This document shows, one piece after another, positions 9,012 through 19,602 of a stretch of 64,000 nt of DNA (positions are counted from its first letter, which is position 1; each line of letters begins with the position of its first letter). The translations under genes and the position numbers were made by a program. This stretch comes from an uncultured Bacilli bacterium. Its GTDB lineage: Bacteria; Bacillota_I; Bacilli_A; RF39; UBA660. Location: positions 18,687-82,686 of the forward strand of contig CANQHE010000001.1 of the NCBI GenBank assembly GCA_947623735.1, in the 5' to 3' direction. The notes under the pieces are model-generated. The model made no database searches. It saw nothing but the letters and a program-made list of their open reading frames with translations, and was not told the origin of the DNA.

Positions 9012-9596
9012 CTAACCTCCAGTTTGATATAACTTCATCATCGCTTTAATATTATTTATCTTAAGCCCCATTTTTAATTGGGTCCAATAATCTTCCGGTT
9101 TTATATTACCAATATTTATTGCTGTCTCATTATCATATGCTAAAACCTTACCATTTTTTACTATTAATAAAGCGGGAGCATATATATTCTGCTTTCCTGT
9201 ATCTAAAACCGGTAAATAAGAAGCCAGTCTAATCACAATACTTTGATATGTTGCATTAGCATTATCTCTATCTTCTTTAAAATCATAGTAATATACTTTT
9301 TCAATTTTAAGTTCTTGAGCCGCATCATTAATCATTTTGGCATAATATCCACTCCACTCATTCGCTGGATATCCCATAAATATTATCCCTGATCCATTCT
9401 TAAGTATTGTATATACTTCATTTGCATTTACATAACTAAAAACATTATCTTTACTTACTAATGAATAATCATGATCAAACTTTGTATTATCATCATTTGT
9501 TTTATCACTAAAATCTTTATTACCTACATAAATAAAAGCAATTATTATTAAAATAAATAATATACTCTGTAAAGTTCTTTTAATACCCTTATTCAT
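9012..9596 (-). CDS. hypothetical exported/membrane-anchored protein
   Basis: 194 aa with N-terminal TM or signal. Confidence 0.5.
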   Translation of the reverse strand: MNKGIKRTLQSILFILIIIAFIYVGNKDFSDKTNDDNTKFDHDYSLVSKDNVFSYVNANEVYTILKNGSGIIFMGYPANEWSGYYAKMINDAAQELKIEKVYYYDFKEDRDNANATYQSIVIRLASYLPVLDTGKQNIYAPALLIVKNGKVLAYDNETAINIGNIKPEDYWTQLKMGLKINNIKAMMKLYQTGG

Positions 9597-9674
9597 ATTT
9601 AAAACCTCTAAAGATATTATAACATTAATTATTCTTTATATTAAGTAAAACTAACTATTTTTGTTAAATAAGTG

Positions 9675-10184
9675 TCAAATACTTTTCTTTCTAATTTTTT
9701 TATAAGCATCACTTGTTGTATCTCCCTGAAGCATATAATTAATATATTCTTTTCTTAAATTAATAATATCTCTTTCCATAATATCAAAATAATCTCCTGG
9801 CAAATATATAACCATATTTTTTTCTTCAAATTCTATAGTTCCTCTTCTTCTAATATAAACATCTTGCATACAATCTAAACAAACATAATGCTTATAACTT
9901 CCAAGTAAATATGAAGAATCAACCCATTTCCCTTCTTCCCTAAAAGCATAACCTACAAAAAGATAAATATCATGATTACAATTATCTTGCATTACTCCAT
10001 TAAGTGTTCTTAAAAATTCTTGAGGTAAAGCCTGCTTTTTAGCATCAATTATTTCTTTTAAAGCAATATATTTTTTAACTACTTCATTTTGTTTTAATAA
10101 TTCTAACTCTTCTTTTTCTTTACTTAATTTTTCTCTTTCTTCTTTAGTTTCTGCTAAAAATAATTTTCTTTGTTCTTCTGTCAT
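9675..10184 (-). CDS. hypothetical cytoplasmic Cys-containing protein
   Basis: 169 aa with a coiled-coil N-terminus and a CNHD...CLDC cysteine cluster. Confidence 0.5.
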   Translation of the reverse strand: MTEEQRKLFLAETKEEREKLSKEKEELELLKQNEVVKKYIALKEIIDAKKQALPQEFLRTLNGVMQDNCNHDIYLFVGYAFREEGKWVDSSYLLGSYKHYVCLDCMQDVYIRRRGTIEFEEKNMVIYLPGDYFDIMERDIINLRKEYINYMLQGDTTSDAYKKIRKKSI

Positions 10185-10250
10185 TTTAAAACCTCCAACC
10201 CTTAAATTGTATCGCTAAAAATAAATTAACGCAATAAAAAAGAACTAAAT

Positions 10251-11129
10251 TTAGTTCCCTTTAACTTGATTCATAACTTCTTCAGCAAAGTTTTCACTTC
10301 TTTTTTCCATACCTTCGCCAACTTCAAAACGAATCATTGAAATAATTTCTCCATTATTTTTCTTTACATAATCTTGTACTGATAAATCATTATCTTTAAC
10401 AAATACTTGTTCCGCAAGACATATTTCTTTTAAGTATTTTTTAATTCGTCCTTCGACCATTTTATCGGCAATTTCGGCTGGTTTGCCTTCAGACATAGCT
10501 AGTTCTTTTTGTACTGCTCTTTCCTTATCTAATACTTCTTCGGGTACATCACTTGCAAATACATATTGTGGTCTCATTGCTGCTGCTTGCATTGATACAT
10601 CTTTAGCTACTTCAGGATTTGCTCCTTTTATCACACTTAATACGGCAATTTTACCACCCATATGTAAATAAGCTCCAAAAACTTCATCATCATTTTTATT
10701 TACTATGGCTATTCTTCTTAAACTTAATTTTTCCCCAATCTTGGCTGTTTTAGCTACTATTAAATCATGAATTGTACCCTCTTCACATTTAAGATTATTA
10801 GCTTCTTCTAAATCTTTAGCATCACTTTTTAAAATAGTGTTACCAATCGTATCAATCATACTTGTAAATTCTTCATTTTTACTAACAAAGTCTGTTTCAC
10901 TATTTACTTCTAAAATAACGGCTTTATTGCCATCTATATAAATATTAGCAAGTCCTTCAGCGGCTATTCTTGATTCTTTTTTAGCACTTTTGGCAATTCC
11001 TTTTTCTCTTAACCATTGAATTGCTTCATCCATATTACCATTAGTTTCGGCTAAAGCTTTTTTGCAATCCATCATACCCGCTCCGGTCATTTCTCTTAAG
11101 TCTTTAACCATACTCGCTGTAACTTCCAT
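10251..11129 (-). CDS. tsf: elongation factor Ts
   Basis: 292 aa MEVTASMVKDLREMTGAGMMDCKKALAETNGNMDEAIQWLREKG... Confidence 0.92.
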   Translation of the reverse strand: MEVTASMVKDLREMTGAGMMDCKKALAETNGNMDEAIQWLREKGIAKSAKKESRIAAEGLANIYIDGNKAVILEVNSETDFVSKNEEFTSMIDTIGNTILKSDAKDLEEANNLKCEEGTIHDLIVAKTAKIGEKLSLRRIAIVNKNDDEVFGAYLHMGGKIAVLSVIKGANPEVAKDVSMQAAAMRPQYVFASDVPEEVLDKERAVQKELAMSEGKPAEIADKMVEGRIKKYLKEICLAEQVFVKDNDLSVQDYVKKNNGEIISMIRFEVGEGMEKRSENFAEEVMNQVKGN

Positions 11130-11147
11130 CTTCGTTCCTCCTCTTCA

Positions 11148-12131
11148 CTATTTTAAATTTTCAATTAATTCATCTTTCTTCATTGATGAATAACCTTTTA
11201 TTCCTTTTTCTTTAGCAATTCCCTTAAGTTCTGCTAAAGTCATTTTACTATAATCTTCTTTGCTTTCTTCTTTATTCTCTACTTTTTCTTCTTTAACTTC
11301 TTCTTTATTTTTAGTTTCCTTATCTTTTTTTACTTCTTCCCCTATATCAACCTTTTTCATATCTTTAGGTTCTTCTTTGATAAGTTCATCCATTGTTTTT
11401 GGTTCACTTTTGGCTTTTTTATCTTCTTCAGATAAATAATCAACCATTTCTAAACCACGGGCTTCACATATTGCATTATTAATTACTCCAAGAATAACTT
11501 TAACACTCCGAACAGCATCATCATTACCTGGAATTACATAATCAACATCATCAGGGTCACAATTTGTATCAACAATTCCAATAACCGGAATTCTAAGTTC
11601 TCTTGCTTCTCTAATTGCATTAATTTCCTTTTTAGGGTCAACTATAATTAAAGCATTTGGAAGTTTAGCCATATCTCTAATACCACTTAATATTTTATTA
11701 AGTTTTTCGTATTCTTTTTTAAGACCAATAACTTCTTTCTTTGGTAACAACTCAAATTTACCACTTTTTTCCATTTCTTCAATTTCTTCTAGACGTTTAA
11801 CTCTTCTTCTAATTGTTCTAAAGTTTGTTAAAGTTCCCCCTAACCATCTTTCAGTAACATAGTAAGAATTACTTCTTAAAGCTTCTTCTTTTGAAGCATC
11901 TTGCGCTTGTTTTTTCGTTCCTACAAATAAGAAAGTTCCACCATTTTGGGCAATTGCTTTAACAGCTTCATAAGCTTCCTCTAATTTTTTTGTTGTTTTT
12001 TCAAGGTCAATAATATAAATATCTTCTCTTGCCCCGAAAATATACTCTTTCATCTTTGGATTCCATCTTTTAGTTTGATGTCCAAAGTGAACTCCTGCTT
12101 CTAATAAATAACTCATAGAAACAACGGCCAT
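11148..12131 (-). CDS. rpsB: 30S ribosomal protein S2 with a ~90 aa K/E-rich C-terminal extension ending in a Rho_N-like motif
   Basis: S2 core [27 protein letters not shown]... to ~aa 235, then a low-complexity K/E-rich stretch ending [36 protein letters not shown]. The same motif ends the rplT extension. Confidence 0.9.
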   Translation of the reverse strand: MAVVSMSYLLEAGVHFGHQTKRWNPKMKEYIFGAREDIYIIDLEKTTKKLEEAYEAVKAIAQNGGTFLFVGTKKQAQDASKEEALRSNSYYVTERWLGGTLTNFRTIRRRVKRLEEIEEMEKSGKFELLPKKEVIGLKKEYEKLNKILSGIRDMAKLPNALIIVDPKKEINAIREARELRIPVIGIVDTNCDPDDVDYVIPGNDDAVRSVKVILGVINNAICEARGLEMVDYLSEEDKKAKSEPKTMDELIKEEPKDMKKVDIGEEVKKDKETKNKEEVKEEKVENKEESKEDYSKMTLAELKGIAKEKGIKGYSSMKKDELIENLK

Positions 12132-12325
12132 AAATCATCCCATCCTTTCGTTTTTACCTCTTAATGGTTCATCACTTTACTCCACTATTAATTTAGCACT
12201 CGAAGTAAAACTCCCCATTAATGTGTATTTGCAATTTATTTGCCGAGATTATTTTACTATATATTATATAAAAAAACAAGTATTAAATTACCTGTTTTAG
12301 CAAAGTAGTCTTTAAACTACTCATT

Positions 12326-12958
12326 TTAATCATTAAGATTTTCATAATAAGGTTTATCATCAGGTAAAAACATATCATTGTCATCCCCATACATATTTTC
12401 ATTAAAATATAAAATATCACTTGTAGTCGCCGGAAAATAATTCAATGTTTCAATTGGACTTATATTTTCAGTATCAAAATCAATATCAAAAACTGTAATT
12501 GTTAATTTTCCCTCTTCTCTTTCTTCTACTTTATAATAATAACTTTCCATCACTTCAAAAGAAGGTAATGTCTCGCCATTAAATTCAAAAGTATAACCAC
12601 TTTTATAATAATTACAAGAATAATTATCTTTAAATTCATAAGTTTCATAATAATTATCATGCTTCGTCTTCCATACTTTATTTACAATATTAGTTATATT
12701 TCCCCCTGTATATTTTGCAATAATCTCTTGTTCTTTTTTTAATTCTGAACGCTTAACTAATAGCTTTCCTGAAAATAGTATCACCATTCCTATACATACT
12801 ACCCCTAATAATATTAAACCTTTCTGAGTAGTTTGAAAGAGCAATTTTTTTCCCTTCTCTTTGGCTTTTTCTCTTTTTAAAGGATAACCACAATTAGGGC
12901 ACACCCTTGCTTTGTCACTAAATTCTTTCCCACATTCCTTGCATTTAATTAAAGCCAT
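12326..12958 (-). CDS. zinc-ribbon membrane protein, unknown function
   Basis: N-terminal CxxC...CxxC (CKECGK...CPNCG) followed by a TM and an aromatic-rich extracellular domain. Confidence 0.5.
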   Translation of the reverse strand: MALIKCKECGKEFSDKARVCPNCGYPLKREKAKEKGKKLLFQTTQKGLILLGVVCIGMVILFSGKLLVKRSELKKEQEIIAKYTGGNITNIVNKVWKTKHDNYYETYEFKDNYSCNYYKSGYTFEFNGETLPSFEVMESYYYKVEEREEGKLTITVFDIDFDTENISPIETLNYFPATTSDILYFNENMYGDDNDMFLPDDKPYYENLND

Positions 12959-13155
12959 AAATCATACTCCTTAATCGGACTATATATTCTCCAAGTAATA
13001 AATTACATCGCTATTTTAGTCATTTAATTTATCAATAAATAAATTGTATCATAAGAAAAAATCTAAGTCAATAAACGGCCTTAAAATATAAAACAATTTA
13101 TTATTAGTGCTAAATTTAAAAAAGCTAATGGAAAACCATTAACATTTCTTGAAAC

Positions 13156-14004
13156 TTATCTTGCTTGTCTTTTAATTAGTTTGGCATGTAATACTACTTT
13201 TTCTTGATCATTATAACAAGTCGATAAAGTAAGTATTTTATCTCCAGCTTGGACAGTTGTTTTAAAATCATATATACTTCTACCCTTTAAAGTATCTAAA
13301 AACTTTTGTTGAGCTTCATCTGTTCCAAAATTAGTTGTTAAATAATAAGTTTCCGTTTTAATTTTATATACCGAAAATACTTGCCATAATGTATTTTCAG
13401 CTTCCGTAGATAAGTTAACTACATAATTATCAGTATTTTCATACCAATTATTTTTAACAATATTTTTAAGCGAACCAAACATTGTTGTATCCATTCTTCC
13501 ATGAGCATATATAATAGTATTAGCATCTAAATCTTTAATATTATTGCGATAATCCATAAATACCCATCCAGCCCCATTAATTGTTTTATTAAAAGATCTA
13601 TTTAAATAATAACTATTATCTTCAGCTTGGACTACAGGATAATTAATAGTGGTTCCATTAACTTTTAAATATGCAACCGTATCACTATTTAAAGCCTTTA
13701 GCTCGTTAAAATCCACACTATATAAAGGAAGTTTAATATATTTCCAGTAATCATCTTCTACTGAAGCATCTGGCGGATTTACAAGTTCATCTTTATCATC
13801 AGCCGGTATTTCTTCTACTTTAATTTCTCCTAAATCCTCAATTTGTTCTCTTGTTTCTTTATTATCTTTACTCCAAAGGAATATATGTAAAGAAGAATAT
13901 ATAAGGGCTCCTAAACTAATTAAAGCAACAACTATCCATACCCAAGATTTAAATCTAAGTTTTTTCTTTTTTGGTTTATTACTTTTATTTTTTTTATCAC
14001 TCAT
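13156..14004 (-). CDS. srtB: class B sortase
   Basis: 282 aa with N-terminal signal anchor, catalytic TLSTC motif near the C-terminus and a conserved His (IIYAHGR). Sits at the 3' end of the array of sorting-signal proteins. Confidence 0.8.
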   Translation of the reverse strand: MSDKKNKSNKPKKKKLRFKSWVWIVVALISLGALIYSSLHIFLWSKDNKETREQIEDLGEIKVEEIPADDKDELVNPPDASVEDDYWKYIKLPLYSVDFNELKALNSDTVAYLKVNGTTINYPVVQAEDNSYYLNRSFNKTINGAGWVFMDYRNNIKDLDANTIIYAHGRMDTTMFGSLKNIVKNNWYENTDNYVVNLSTEAENTLWQVFSVYKIKTETYYLTTNFGTDEAQQKFLDTLKGRSIYDFKTTVQAGDKILTLSTCYNDQEKVVLHAKLIKRQAR

Positions 14005-14100
14005 CTTGTTGATTCCTCCCTAAAAGGTACTAATATTATATCATATTTTCTATCTTAAAGATATTCTTTTTACTATATTTTTATCTTAAACTTAAACTAA

Positions 14101-14126
14101 AAAAGCGATCAACTCGCTTTTTAATA
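14101..14126. terminator. bidirectional intrinsic terminator between adhesin paralog 1 and srtB
   Basis: AAAAAGCGAtcaacTCGCTTTTT hairpin flanked by A and T runs. Confidence 0.6.
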
Positions 14127-14133
14127 AATTATT

Positions 14134-15837
14134 TTATTCTCTTACAAATTTCTTTCTAAGAGCAAGAACGATACCACCTAAACTTACAGCACCAATACCA
14201 ACATAAGTTAGAATATTATCACCAGTCTCTGGACTTACTAAAACTAATTGTAATTCCATACCATCAGTAATTTCTGTATCAAGGCTAAGTTCTTTACCAT
14301 CTTTATCTAAGAATTTCTCTACATCATATACATCTTTTATATTTTTCTTATAATCTGCTAAAGTTGTTCCTTTAGTAACAACATCTTCATAACCAGAATT
14401 ATCAATTGTAACTATAAAAGTTACTAAATCTTTAGCATCAATTAAGAATTGTAAAGCATTTTCAATATCACTTGTTGCTTTATTTAAAGTAGCAACTGCA
14501 TCATCTATTTCTGCTTGACTTTTATATTCTCCTTCTTCAATTTTAGAATATTTTTCAAATATTTCTAATAATTCTTGAAGAGCTCTAATTTCAGCAATAT
14601 TAAGATTTTCATCGTCATCATATTCTGCAGTTTTTTCTGTCACTTCGGCCAATGCTTTTTCTAAAGCACTACTTGCTTTCTCTAATTCACTATAATTTAA
14701 TACTTCGGCTTTTGAGTTTTCAGCAAGTAATGATCTATCTATTTCACTAGCAAAAGCACCACCTTTAATAGAATTTTTAAACGCATTAGCAGTATTATTT
14801 TCAATAGCTAATGAGCCATTTTTTCCTTCAAAATAACCACCAGTTATCTCAAAACTATTTACAGCGGTTTCAGTGGCATCAGCCTTAGTTTCAAATACAG
14901 CAACACCATTTTCACTATAAACTTCTGTTCCTTCACCTATAGTGATTTCAATCTTTTTATCATATGTATCATTAGCAGTTATACTTATACCTGCTCCAGT
15001 TGCTGTCGGATAACCAGATCTTTCTGTAGGGTTTTCTACATAAGCACCCATACCAGTAATTATCGCATTTTTAATATTAAATTTACCAGACTTAATACCT
15101 ATACCTTCTCTACCAGAGATTTCACCACCAGTTATATTCCATTTTGCATAACCAGCTGCATAAATTCCTTGACCACCATTAGCTTTAGCTTTTATTAAAG
15201 CTCCTTCAAATATGTTAATTTCTGGCGCATTTTCTCCATCTTGTTTAACATTTCCATTTACTGTTAAAGCATCACTATTAAATGGATGATCAATAGTTCC
15301 TTTAACATTTAAGGTAACTCCATTAGCTTTTGTTGGATCAGCCTTTCCCCAAATTGCAACTGTACCTTTTACAGTAGCTCCAGCATTAATATTAACTATT
15401 GTCTCTTTACTAGTATCGTCTGAACCATAAATAGTAAAAGTTGAAACATTATCACCGGTCTTTGTTTCTAAAATAGCACCTTCATCAAGTGTTACTTTAC
15501 TACCAGCTTGAGCCACTATAATAATACTTCTATCACTTCTTGCTAAAGTACCATTACTTACAGTTAAGCTAGCATTATCAGAAACAGTGATTTTACTTTT
15601 TAATTCTACTGTTTTACCGCCTAAATCTAAAGTGATATTTTTCGTAACAGTAATATCTTCTGTACCAGCAGTAATAGTTCCTTCGCCTACTGTACAAGTC
15701 TTGTCACCATCACTAGCAGTAAGACAACTTTTAAAAGTTTCCCAAGATGTAATCTCATCGGCACTTACCATTCCAGTAAATCCAAAAGTTGCAATAGCCA
15801 TAACCATAAACCCCATTATTCTTTTGAGATTCTTCAT
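14134..15837 (-). CDS. sortase-anchored beta-helix surface protein, paralog 1 (signal peptide, PbH1-like repeats, ubiquitin-like C-terminal domain, SPETGDN sorting signal)
   Basis: True start is MKNLKRIMGF at 15837 (RBS AGGAGGGAG); the track's upstream extension to 15933 reads through the promoter. Repeated NITGG.I.G.EGIG.KSG motifs. C-terminus SPETGDNILTYVGIGAVSLGGIVLALRKKFVRE is a sorting motif plus TM plus basic tail. Confidence 0.8.
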   Translation of the reverse strand: MKNLKRIMGFMVMAIATFGFTGMVSADEITSWETFKSCLTASDGDKTCTVGEGTITAGTEDITVTKNITLDLGGKTVELKSKITVSDNASLTVSNGTLARSDRSIIIVAQAGSKVTLDEGAILETKTGDNVSTFTIYGSDDTSKETIVNINAGATVKGTVAIWGKADPTKANGVTLNVKGTIDHPFNSDALTVNGNVKQDGENAPEINIFEGALIKAKANGGQGIYAAGYAKWNITGGEISGREGIGIKSGKFNIKNAIITGMGAYVENPTERSGYPTATGAGISITANDTYDKKIEITIGEGTEVYSENGVAVFETKADATETAVNSFEITGGYFEGKNGSLAIENNTANAFKNSIKGGAFASEIDRSLLAENSKAEVLNYSELEKASSALEKALAEVTEKTAEYDDDENLNIAEIRALQELLEIFEKYSKIEEGEYKSQAEIDDAVATLNKATSDIENALQFLIDAKDLVTFIVTIDNSGYEDVVTKGTTLADYKKNIKDVYDVEKFLDKDGKELSLDTEITDGMELQLVLVSPETGDNILTYVGIGAVSLGGIVLALRKKFVRE

Positions 15838-15859
15838 AATCTCCCTCCTTCTAACAAAG

Positions 15860-15890
15860 ATTATAACATAATACCCCCCCCCCACGTCAA
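15860..15890 (-). promoter_or_regulatory. sigma-A-like promoter with a G10 homopolymer in the spacer (candidate phase-variation switch) for paralog 1
   Basis: Minus strand reads TTGACG-T-G10-TATTATGT-TATAAT (extended TGn -10) with a 19-nt spacer. The C10 run on the plus strand is 15874-15883, ~25 nt upstream of the RBS. Confidence 0.65.
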
Positions 15891-15985
15891 TATATGCTAT
15901 TAACCTTTTTACAATTTTACGTCTAAATTCCAAAAAAAAGAAGCGATGAAATTTAATTCATCACTTCCATAAAAAATTTAATTAA

Positions 15986-17650
15986 TTAGTTTCTTGCATA
16001 TCTTTTCTTTAAAGCTATACCTAAGCCTAAAGTTCCAACAGCAGCTACACCAGCATAAGTTAAGATATTATCACCAGTTTCTGGACTAATAACAATTGCT
16101 TCAAAATACATACCTTCAGTAATTTCTGTATCAAGACTAAGTTCTTTTCCGTCTTTATCTACAAACTTTTCAATATCATAGTCATCTTTTAGAAGTTTCT
16201 TATAATCTCCTAAAGTCATACCTTTCTCAAGTTCTATTGAAATTTCTTCATCATCTATTACTAATGTAAATGTAACAAGATCTTTTGCTTCATTAACTAA
16301 TTTTATGGCATTGCTTAGTTCTTCAGTAGATTTAATTGTTGCTTCTGTTGCTTCATCAATAGCAGCTTGAGTAGTTAATAAATCACCAGCACCAAGCCCA
16401 TAATTACTTAATATTTTCTCTAGATTTTTTAATGCTTTAGTTTGCGCCGCATTTAATTTTTTATCTTGTAAACTTTCTGCTAATTTGTGTCCCTCTTCTA
16501 AAGTTTTAGAAAATTCCTCACTAGCCTCATTTAGTTTATCAAAATTTAAAACTTCAGCTTTAGAATTTGCCGCAAGTAATGATTCGTCTATTTGTGATGT
16601 AAAAGCTCCTCCGGTAATTGAGTTTTTAAAAGCTTCTTTATCTTTAGAAATAATATTTAAAGAACCTTTTGCACCTTCAAAATAACCATCACTTATTTCA
16701 AATTCTTTAACTGCTGTATCTTCTATTCCCGTAGGTCCTTCATAAATAGCATAAGCATTCGTACTATATACTTCTGTATCACCACTTATAGAGATTTCTA
16801 CATCTCCAGCATAAGCTTCATTAGTTGTAATACTTATAGCTGATCCAGTTGCTGTAACCTTTCCAGACTCTTCAACTGGATTTGGCACATATTCTCCGTT
16901 TCCATATATATATCCTCCAGTAATATTAAATTTACCAGATTTAATACCTATACCTTCATTTCCTGAGATCATTCCACCTTCAATATTCCAAGTACCATAT
17001 CCAGCGGCATATATACCTTGAACATTAGAAGAAATAATAGCGGTATCATAAATATTTACTACTGGTCCATTAGTAGATATCCCAACATTACCATTAATTG
17101 TAACACCATCACTGTTATTACCATTAATTGTACCACGTATATTTAAAACTACCCCATCAGCTTTACCATTGTTGTCAGCAATACCAACTGTACCATTTAC
17201 AGTTGCATTAGCATTAATGTTAACTGTAGTCTTATCATTACCACTATCAGCGCCAACAATTCCGATAACTGTTACATTATCATCAATACCTGTTAAACTA
17301 ACATTTTCAAGTGTTAATGTTGTTCCCTTTCTAACTGTAACAATTGTACTTCTATCATCTCTATGAAGATTACCATTTTTAATTGTTAAATTTCCAGTAT
17401 CATCAAGTATAATTCTGTTAAGTAACTCAAAATCAATTTTATTTAAATCAAGTGTAATATTACCTTTAACAGTTAACTCTTCATTTACTGCTACAACTGT
17501 CGAATCCAAAGTACAACTTTTTGTACCACTATCTTGCATACAAGTTTTAAAAGTATCCCAAGCAGTAGTATCAGCTTTTGCTACACTCACAAATCCTAAA
17601 GATGCAAGAGTAACACCAAATAACCCCATCATTCTTTTGAGATTCTTCAT
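15986..17650 (-). CDS. sortase-anchored beta-helix surface protein, paralog 2
   Basis: True start MKNLKRMMGL at 17650. Same architecture as paralog 1; C-terminus SPETGDNILTYAGVAAVGTLGLGIALKKRYARN. Confidence 0.8.
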   Translation of the reverse strand: MKNLKRMMGLFGVTLASLGFVSVAKADTTAWDTFKTCMQDSGTKSCTLDSTVVAVNEELTVKGNITLDLNKIDFELLNRIILDDTGNLTIKNGNLHRDDRSTIVTVRKGTTLTLENVSLTGIDDNVTVIGIVGADSGNDKTTVNINANATVNGTVGIADNNGKADGVVLNIRGTINGNNSDGVTINGNVGISTNGPVVNIYDTAIISSNVQGIYAAGYGTWNIEGGMISGNEGIGIKSGKFNITGGYIYGNGEYVPNPVEESGKVTATGSAISITTNEAYAGDVEISISGDTEVYSTNAYAIYEGPTGIEDTAVKEFEISDGYFEGAKGSLNIISKDKEAFKNSITGGAFTSQIDESLLAANSKAEVLNFDKLNEASEEFSKTLEEGHKLAESLQDKKLNAAQTKALKNLEKILSNYGLGAGDLLTTQAAIDEATEATIKSTEELSNAIKLVNEAKDLVTFTLVIDDEEISIELEKGMTLGDYKKLLKDDYDIEKFVDKDGKELSLDTEITEGMYFEAIVISPETGDNILTYAGVAAVGTLGLGIALKKRYARN

Positions 17651-17672
17651 AATCTCCCTCCTTCTAACAAAG

Positions 17673-17703
17673 ATTATAGCATAATACCCCCCCCCCAGGT
17701 CAA
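17673..17703 (-). promoter_or_regulatory. promoter with G10 tract in the spacer for paralog 2
   Basis: TTGACC-T-G10-TATTATGC-TATAAT, 19-nt spacer. C10 run at 17687-17696. Confidence 0.65.
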
Positions 17704-17798
17704 TATATGCTATTAATCTTTTTACAATTTTACGTCTAAACATCAAAAAAAAGAAGTAATGAAAATTTATTCATCACTTCCAGAAAAAACTTAATTAA

Positions 17799-19580
17799 TT
17801 AGTTTCTTGCATATCTTTTCTTTAAAGCAAATCCAAGACCTAAAACACTTATTGCTCCAACACCCACAAATGTTAAGATATTATCTCCCGTTTCTGGACT
17901 ACTAAGAACAACATTAACTTCAGTATCTTCAGTATACTTCTTATCTAAATCTGTAATTTCTTTACCATCTTTATCTAAGAATTTTTCAATATCATAATCA
18001 CCTTTAACAAGCTTTTTAAGATTGTTTAAAGTAGCTTTTTCTTTTTCTAACTCAAAATCTTCTTTAATGGTTTTTTTACCATCTTTAATAACTAAAGTGA
18101 AAGTAACTCTATTTCCAGCTGCTACTAAATCATCAAATGCAAAGTTAGTTTGTTCAACTAAGTCATTTATCAAAGCTGTATAATCATCAATAGCTTTTTG
18201 AGTTGTAGGTCTTTCATCAAAAGATATATTACTAAAAGCTTCAGCTAATCCTTTAATTTTTTCAACTACTTTTTTCTCAGCTTTATTAAGAACAGACTCA
18301 TCACCATAATCTTTAATCTTATCAAGTTCATCTGCTTTACCTTCTAAAGCTAAGAAACTTTCATAAGCTTTTTCTAACTCGCTATAATCCAAAATTTCAG
18401 CTTTAGAATTTGTTGCAAGTAAAGCTTCATCTACATTACCATTATAAGTACCACCAGTTACTTTATTCTTGATATTCGCATCATCTTTAGATTGGATATT
18501 AAGTGCATCTTTATCTACAGCACTTTCAAAGTAACCATCACTAATATTTAAACCTTTAACAGCAGTACCAGTACTACCATCAGTTTTATATTCCATAACG
18601 GCATTTCCTTGTTTACTTACTAATTTACCACCTGAAATAGATACTGTGACTCTACCATTTCCATAACTATTAGTTACACTTAAAGCAGCACCAGTATTTT
18701 CAGCAGCACTATCCTCTTTTCTTGGAGTTCCATTATATTCTCCATTACCAGTTATATCTCCACCAGTAATATTAATATTACCAGCTTTAGCAGATATACC
18801 TTCAGAACCAGTAATAGTTCCACCAGTTATATTCCATTTTGCATAACCTGCGGCATATATAGCTGGACCATCAGAAGTAATTGTAGCTCCTTCACCAACA
18901 TTAAATTCTGGAGCTTTATCATCATCATCAGTCTTTAAATTACCATGAGCATATAAGCCAAATCTAGTAGCTTTTATTGTCCCATTAACGGTTACATTTA
19001 CACCTTTTGCTCCTTCGTCATTAAATACAGCAATACCAACTTCACCAATTAAAGTTGCATTTTCTCCAATTGTTACACTTGTTGTACTTGTTCCTGTTGC
19101 GGCCTTATCACCCCAAACTGAAATGACTTGAACATCATCAGTTTCTGTTGTTTTTAAAGTTCCCTTAACTACATCAACAGTTGAACCTACTCTTACATTT
19201 ACTATGGCAATACCACTACTTTCAATAGAACCATTACCAACACTACTAGTATCAGTAATCGTAAACTTTGCTGTACTATTATTCCCATCAGTATCTTGAC
19301 CAACTGAAATACGATTTTTCAAAGTTAACTTATGACCATTTAAATCCAAAGTAATATTATTTTTAACAACAATATCTGTACTACTAGGACTTGGTTCGCC
19401 ATCTGTTTCACTAAAATCGCCATTAAGTTTACAAACCTTATTTCCAGTTTCATCTTCTAAACAAGTTTTTAAATCAGCAAAACTACTAATTAAGGAATCT
19501 TCTGCTCTAACAGTCATCGTAAATGCAAATGCCATGACTGTTATAACCAATAACCCACTTATTCTTTTGAGATTCTTCAT
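17799..19580 (-). CDS. sortase-anchored beta-helix surface protein, paralog 3
   Basis: 593 aa starting MKNLKRISGLLVITVMAFAFTMTVRA; C-terminus SPETGDNILTFVGVGAISVLGLGFALKKRYARN. Confidence 0.8.
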   Translation of the reverse strand: MKNLKRISGLLVITVMAFAFTMTVRAEDSLISSFADLKTCLEDETGNKVCKLNGDFSETDGEPSPSSTDIVVKNNITLDLNGHKLTLKNRISVGQDTDGNNSTAKFTITDTSSVGNGSIESSGIAIVNVRVGSTVDVVKGTLKTTETDDVQVISVWGDKAATGTSTTSVTIGENATLIGEVGIAVFNDEGAKGVNVTVNGTIKATRFGLYAHGNLKTDDDDKAPEFNVGEGATITSDGPAIYAAGYAKWNITGGTITGSEGISAKAGNINITGGDITGNGEYNGTPRKEDSAAENTGAALSVTNSYGNGRVTVSISGGKLVSKQGNAVMEYKTDGSTGTAVKGLNISDGYFESAVDKDALNIQSKDDANIKNKVTGGTYNGNVDEALLATNSKAEILDYSELEKAYESFLALEGKADELDKIKDYGDESVLNKAEKKVVEKIKGLAEAFSNISFDERPTTQKAIDDYTALINDLVEQTNFAFDDLVAAGNRVTFTLVIKDGKKTIKEDFELEKEKATLNNLKKLVKGDYDIEKFLDKDGKEITDLDKKYTEDTEVNVVLSSPETGDNILTFVGVGAISVLGLGFALKKRYARN

Positions 19581-19602
19581 AATCTCCCTCCTTCTACAAA
19601 AG

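Noticed and set aside
15838-15933. ORF-track N-terminal extensions of adhesin paralogs 1 and 2 (MEFRRKIVKRLIAYIDVGGGYY... and MMFRRKIVKRLIAYIDLGGGYY...) that read through the poly-G tract as a Gly run in frame with the main ORF.
   Set aside because: The extension is the promoter itself (TTGACG, G10, TATAAT) read as codons. A strong RBS (AGGAGGGAG) immediately precedes the conserved MKNLKR signal-peptide start, and paralog 3 has stops in the same region. It is a coincidental open frame, not a frame-switching upstream ORF.
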